This document shows, piece by piece, positions 59,303-64,000 of a stretch of DNA of 64,000 nt (positions are counted from its first letter, which is position 1; each line of letters starts with the position of its first letter). The notes under the pieces are model-generated. The model ran no database searches, was not told the origin of the DNA, and was given only the letters and a program-made list of their open reading frames with translations. The translations under genes and the position numbers were made by a program. Source of the DNA: Longimicrobiales bacterium (GTDB lineage: Bacteria > Gemmatimonadota > Gemmatimonadetes > Longimicrobiales > Gaopeijiaceae); contig CBDFIQ010000002.1 of assembly GCA_965248195.1 (NCBI GenBank), positions 2,784,001-2,848,000 of the forward strand, written 5' to 3'.

Positions 59303-60934
59303 ATGAGTACCGCATACAGCAACCTGATTCTGGTCACCCGGGTCAAGCTTCGCATCGTGTGGCGCGAATTCGTCCACAGCGTACACACAACGTTCGAGGG
59401 CAAGTTCGCCGTCGCAGCCATGGTCGCGGCTCCTTTCTTGATGAAGAGTATGTTGGTCTCGAGTGCCCTCCGGCAGGCGAACTTGAGCGAGGACGCCGGA
59501 TGGGTCGTCCTGTGGACCGCCCACCTCTCAATGATGGCAGCGGCCGTTTCGGCCGTCGCCGCCCGGACGGCACGCTCCCTCATCGTGTGCCGACGCGACG
59601 ACTCGCTCGCTCAATACCCCCACGCGAGGCGGGGTCTAGCAGCCTTTCATCTGTGGGGAGAGATCGTGGCCGCCATGGCACTCCCAATCTTCGGCTTCTT
59701 CTACGTGTTCTATGGTGCTTTGGTGAGCAAACTTACGGCGCACCCCGTCATGGGGACGCACCTCCACGTGATCGCGCACGCCGTCGTTTCCCTGGCCCTG
59801 GGAGCGGTGGCGTACCGGCTCACGCTACGCTCGCTCGAGCGGCGACCGACCTGGGGACCAGCGATTTTCCACCTAAGCACGCTCCTCGCTATGTTCGCCT
59901 TCGTCGGGATGGTGGGGGGCCCCCAGTTGCTGCTGGATTTCGCTCCCGATCGAATCGATGAGCTCCGATCGTTCTTCATGGGAGCCGGGCGGTTCTACCC
60001 GCCCGTCACAGCCCTGCTTGGGTCAGCGGTGCGGCCGGGGCCACTATTGGGCTGGTTGATCGGGGTCGGGGTGGCAGGAGCGATCGCCATCGGTGCGGCG
60101 GCGCCTCTCGTTCAGACGCCAAGCACCCTCTTGCTCGGAGAGGTCGAAGGCCCGGTAAATCGTCGTTTCAAGAGCGTTTTTGGGGGTCGGAAACGTATGT
60201 CGACCCACCGAGTGGTTCACGGTGCTCGAATGTTCTTCTTGAAGGACGTCCTCCTAGCCACGGTCCGTTCCCCTCAGGCGTTCATCAGGCGGCAGGGCCT
60301 ATTCCTCGGCACGGTGGGCTTGGCTTCCTACCTGGCCTGGGGGCTCCTTCAGGAGGGCCTCATAGGGGAAACCGAAGCCGAGGCCCTCGTTTTGGGTCTG
60401 GTGGTCTTCCTGGTCTGTGCGGCGGCATATCTCCGAGGACTCGGCTCCCTCGGATCGGAGGGCCCGGCGTTGGCGCTGCTTCGCCCCGTCGTGCGGCCCT
60501 CCGATCTGATGGGCTACAAAACGGTCGCCGCGTTGGCTTCCGTCGTGCCCGCTGGACTCGTGTACGCCGCCGCCGCCGGGGCGCTATCCCAAGCCCTGGA
60601 CATGAGACCCGGTCCAGTGGTCACGGCAGGAATCGGGGGTCTCACAGCCGTGGTTGCGGCCGCATTCGCGGTCTCATTGGCCTTTCTTTTCCCGGACTTC
60701 GAGCGGCGAAACGCTCTCGTGCCCGGCGCCTCGCGAATGGGGAGATACACCTTCATTTCGGCCGCCCTCTACGGCGCTGGAGTCGTCGCGGGTCTCCGGT
60801 GGATGACACGATCGGGGATGCTCGCATCGAGCATGTTCGTCCCGAGCCTCATGACGACGGCCGGAGTGGGGATGGCCTTGACGGTAGTCTTGATGACGTT
60901 GGCTCTTCGCCGATTCCCTCACCTGGAGTACTGA
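59303..60934 (+). CDS. Multi-pass ABC exporter permease; candidate immunity or export component
   Basis: About 12 hydrophobic segments in two halves; FFLKD and 'LGSEG.ALALLR..V…K' patterns typical of ABC-2-like permeases; adjacent ATPase. Confidence 0.75.
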   Translation: MSTAYSNLILVTRVKLRIVWREFVHSVHTTFEGKFAVAAMVAAPFLMKSMLVSSALRQANLSEDAGWVVLWTAHLSMMAAAVSAVAARTARSLIVCRRDDSLAQYPHARRGLAAFHLWGEIVAAMALPIFGFFYVFYGALVSKLTAHPVMGTHLHVIAHAVVSLALGAVAYRLTLRSLERRPTWGPAIFHLSTLLAMFAFVGMVGGPQLLLDFAPDRIDELRSFFMGAGRFYPPVTALLGSAVRPGPLLGWLIGVGVAGAIAIGAAAPLVQTPSTLLLGEVEGPVNRRFKSVFGGRKRMSTHRVVHGARMFFLKDVLLATVRSPQAFIRRQGLFLGTVGLASYLAWGLLQEGLIGETEAEALVLGLVVFLVCAAAYLRGLGSLGSEGPALALLRPVVRPSDLMGYKTVAALASVVPAGLVYAAAAGALSQALDMRPGPVVTAGIGGLTAVVAAAFAVSLAFLFPDFERRNALVPGASRMGRYTFISAALYGAGVVAGLRWMTRSGMLASSMFVPSLMTTAGVGMALTVVLMTLALRRFPHLEY

Positions 60935-60947
60935 CTGGAGTACCGAA

Positions 60948-61709
60948 ATGAGCGAGACGCCTCACATCAGCGTGGACGCGCTCACCAAGCGCTTCGGAGC
61001 GATCACTGCCGTGGCCGACCTCAGCTTGTCGCTCGAGGCGGGTCAGATCGTGGGCCTCCTCGGCCCCAATGGGGCCGGCAAGACCACGACCCTCAACACC
61101 ATCATGGGCCTGAAAACGCCCACATCAGGCGACGTGCGTATCAACCGCGTGAGCGTGCAATCGCCTGAGATCGCGTCGGTGAGGCGCGGAATCGGGTACC
61201 TGCCCGAACAACCGGTGTTGTACGACTATCTGACCGGCCGGGAGTTCGTCCAATTCCTAGGGCAGCTCTACGACGCCGCCTTGGACCTCGATGACTGGCT
61301 TACCGACAACCTCGACGCCCTCGAAATGGGCCAAGACGCTGATCGCTTGATCCGGACATACTCGTTGGGCATGCGCAAGAAGATCGCGTTCCTGGCGGCC
61401 ATGGTGCACCGGCCGAACATCCTGATCTTCGACGAGCCGACCGGCGCGCTGGATGCGGCGAGCGCCAGAGTGGTCAAAGACCAAATGCAGATCGCACGTG
61501 ATGGCGGGGCTCTCGTCCTGTTCACGACTCATGTCATGGAGATCGCGGAGCGCCTCGCCGATCGAATCGCGATCCTCAATCACGGCAGTTTGGTAGCGGA
61601 CGGAACGTTGAAAGAGATCAAGGAAGCGCACGCACGTTCCGGGCGTGATACCCTCGAGGAGATCTTCCTCAGGCTCACGGCTTCGCAGCCGGAGCACACA
61701 TCAAGATGA
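60948..61709 (+). CDS. ABC transporter ATP-binding protein
   Basis: GPNGAGKTT, YSLGMRKK signature, IFDEPT, TTH. Confidence 0.95.
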   Translation: MSETPHISVDALTKRFGAITAVADLSLSLEAGQIVGLLGPNGAGKTTTLNTIMGLKTPTSGDVRINRVSVQSPEIASVRRGIGYLPEQPVLYDYLTGREFVQFLGQLYDAALDLDDWLTDNLDALEMGQDADRLIRTYSLGMRKKIAFLAAMVHRPNILIFDEPTGALDAASARVVKDQMQIARDGGALVLFTTHVMEIAERLADRIAILNHGSLVADGTLKEIKEAHARSGRDTLEEIFLRLTASQPEHTSR

Positions 61710-63768
61710 GAGGACGGACCCGATCGTGGATGCGATTCCTCGGATTCGCGCCCCGCTACCCGGTGGTTCGGCAATACGACCGTGTCGACTGCGGCCCCGC
61801 CTGCCTCCTCGCCGTCCTTCGATTCCACGGCGGCGACGCCGGACTGGCACCGGTTCGCTCTGCAGCCGGGACGGATGCAAGCGGAACCAGCCTCCTCGGG
61901 CTCTACCAGGCCGCGGACACGCTCGGATTCGATGCGAGAGGCGCGACGGGAGATTACGAGTCCCTGAGGAATGTGAAGCTACCCTGCATCGCACACGTCG
62001 TCGTCGAGGACGGCCCCCACTACGTGGTGGTCTATGAGGCGGGAGAACACGAGCTCAGGGTGGCGGACCCAGCGCGCGGGCTGGTTCGGCTGACTCGTAC
62101 CGAATTCGAGCGAATCTGGGTGCAGGGCGCGGTGCTTCTCCTCGACCCCGGCCCGGAGCTTCACTCCGCGCCGCCCCCCCATTGGTTCCCATGGGTCCTG
62201 CGCCACTGCCGGGGAGCACAGGGATGGCTCGTACAATCCGTGTTCCTCGGACTGGTGTACACGGCTTTGGGGCTCGTGACGGCATTCGTGGTCCAGAGGC
62301 TCGTCGACGACTTCATTCCGGGTGGCCATGGGAACCGGATCATCGCGGCCGGAGGGATTCTGCTCGGACTACAGCTGATTCGGGCGATGGTGGGCTATCT
62401 GCGTCAACACTTCCTGGTCGGGCTCGGCAAGCGAGCGGCCACGGCCATCGCCCAGGAGTTCATCGAGCACCTCTTTTCTCTTCCATCCCGGTTCTTCGAC
62501 ACCCGGAAAAGAGGTGACATCGCGGCCCGCCTCCAGGACGCTTCCCAAGTTCAGAACGCGGTCCTCCAAATTCTGGGGAGCACAACCTATAGATGTCCTC
62601 GTCACCGTACTCTCACTCGGCGTCGTATTCCATTTCTCTGCCGAGATGGGGTGGGTCACACTTCTCCTGGTGCCGCCCTACGCCCTGGTGGCCAGTATGG
62701 TCGCCGCTCGGCTCCATCATGAACATCACGAGACGCTGGGAGCATACGGGCGGCTCCAAGGCTCCTACATCGACACGCTCGACGGTATCGAGGCGGTGCG
62801 GAGGACCGGGGCCACCGCGATCTTCTCGAAGGCCACGCTAGCCCTCTTCGGCATGTTCCAATCCAAAGTCGAGCGGCTCGGACACACGCAAGCCGCCGCC
62901 GTATCGAAGCTGGAAGCCGTGGGTGGAGTGTTCCTCACCGCTGTGCTGACTACTGGGGCCATGCTCGTGCCTCCAGCGAGTGACCGAGGGTTTCTTCACG
63001 CTTCAGGCCGGATCGGCGGCGGCCCAGCGGCTGCAGGACGTCTTGCTCACCCAGCCCGAACGGAACACCGGTACGAATAGTTTCCGGATGGAAAGGGAGT
63101 TGAGACTGGAGAACGCGACGTTCCAGTGGTCCCCCGACGAGCCTCTTCTTCAAGGCACGAATCTCACGCTCCAGCGGGGCAGGATCACCGGGCTGAGCGG
63201 GGCCAACGGCAGTGGCAAGAGTACGTTGATCCACCTCCTCAATCGCCGGTACCCACTCACCGAAGGAGTGCTCACGATAGACGGCGTGCCCGCCGAAGCG
63301 ATCGACCTTCACAGCTATCGCCGAAACGTGGCGCTCGTTCCTGAAGCGGTGAAAATCTTCAACGGCACGCTCGGAGCCAATCTCACGATGGCGGCCCCGG
63401 GCCTTCCGCACGAGGCCCTCTTGGAGCGCCTCCGTGAATTGTCCCTCGAATCGTTCCTGGGCCGTTTCAGAGCCGGCCTCGCCACCGAGGTGGGTGAAGA
63501 CGGCCGACGACTTTCCGCGGGGGAGCGTCAAATGATCGGTCTGGTTCGAGCCCTCTTCGGAAAGCCCGCGGTACTGATCGTAGACGAGGGGTTCAACGCG
63601 CTGGATCCGCAGGCCTTCGCACTTGCCGTGCGCCTGGTGAGGGCACAGGCTCGTAGCGGCGCCGTGCTGCTCGTCTCGCACGCTCAGCAGCTGATCTCCC
63701 TGGCGGACGAGCGCTTCATCCTGGAACGCGGAACCGTGCTCCCCGATACGCGCTCCAGGGCCGCATGA
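61706..63768 (+). CDS. Peptidase C39-containing ABC transporter (PCAT); frame breaks at about 62588 and about 62970
   Basis: QYDRVDCGPACL, GTSLLGL, LPCIAH, HYVVVY, VADPA (C39 domain); FFDTRKRGDI (TM domain); GANGSGKST, LSAGERQ, IVDE, VSH (NBD). Spread over three frames. Confidence 0.9.
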
Positions 63769-64000
63769 ACAAGCGGCTTCCCGACCATGAGGGCACCACG
63801 CGCCTGGGTACCCAATCGGTATGGCCGATGTTAGCCATCATGACTGCGATTTGGATGGCGCTTGCTCTCTACACCAATGAACGCGTGCTCACGCCTCAGG
63901 TATTGGCACATTTGGCCAGGCAGGGAGACGGCATGGCGATGCCGGCAGCTCAATTGGACAACCTCCAGCGTCTGGAATTGCTGTCTTATGGATTGTTACC
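63765..64000 (+). CDS. Membrane protein translationally coupled to the PCAT, truncated by the window edge
   Basis: ATGA overlap with the PCAT stop. Open to the window end: MNKRLPDHEGTTRLGTQSVWPMLAIMTAIWMALALYTNERVLTPQVLAHL…LELLSYGLL. Confidence 0.65.
   Translation, partial: MNKRLPDHEGTTRLGTQSVWPMLAIMTAIWMALALYTNERVLTPQVLAHLARQGDGMAMPAAQLDNLQRLELLSYGLL

Overview
GC-rich bacterial DNA. The gene repertoire (many signal-peptide and lipoprotein genes, DUF5916, DUF6152 and DUF6644-like genes, Ig-like and LVIVD lipoproteins) suggests Gemmatimonadota or a similar environmental lineage; this is inference only. In order, the window holds: (1) the 3' part of a formate dehydrogenase-N operon (fdnGHI-fdhE), with fdhE carrying a perfect (AAGGAG)26 repeat; (2) about 44 kb of accessory genes for exported proteins, including serine hydrolases, a PepSY-TM protein, a DUF6265-like gene split by an IS3 element, TPR pairs, a DUF5916 pair, a Tat molybdoenzyme, a PETase/cutinase-like hydrolase, a PQQ dehydrogenase, three cytochrome c'-like proteins, an expanded uncharacterised 'PDLQGxW...ACHEGNY' family, and two of three cytochrome-c/PHM-like copper monooxygenase fusions; (3) a complete six-gene his operon with three fusions (HisC-HAD, HisHF, HisA-IE) preceded by a His-rich leader peptide and attenuator, followed by the third cytochrome-c/PHM-like fusion and its partner gene; (4) at the right end, the most novel element, a putative two-peptide double-glycine RiPP/bacteriocin locus. 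It encodes two precursors with 15-aa leaders and identically spaced C-x29-C cores, an ABC permease/ATPase pair and a C39-peptidase ABC transporter, and it runs off the window edge. About eight single-base frameshifts, mostly at short homopolymers, look like long-read errors, so pseudogene calls are tentative. No rRNA, tRNA or CRISPR array was recognised.
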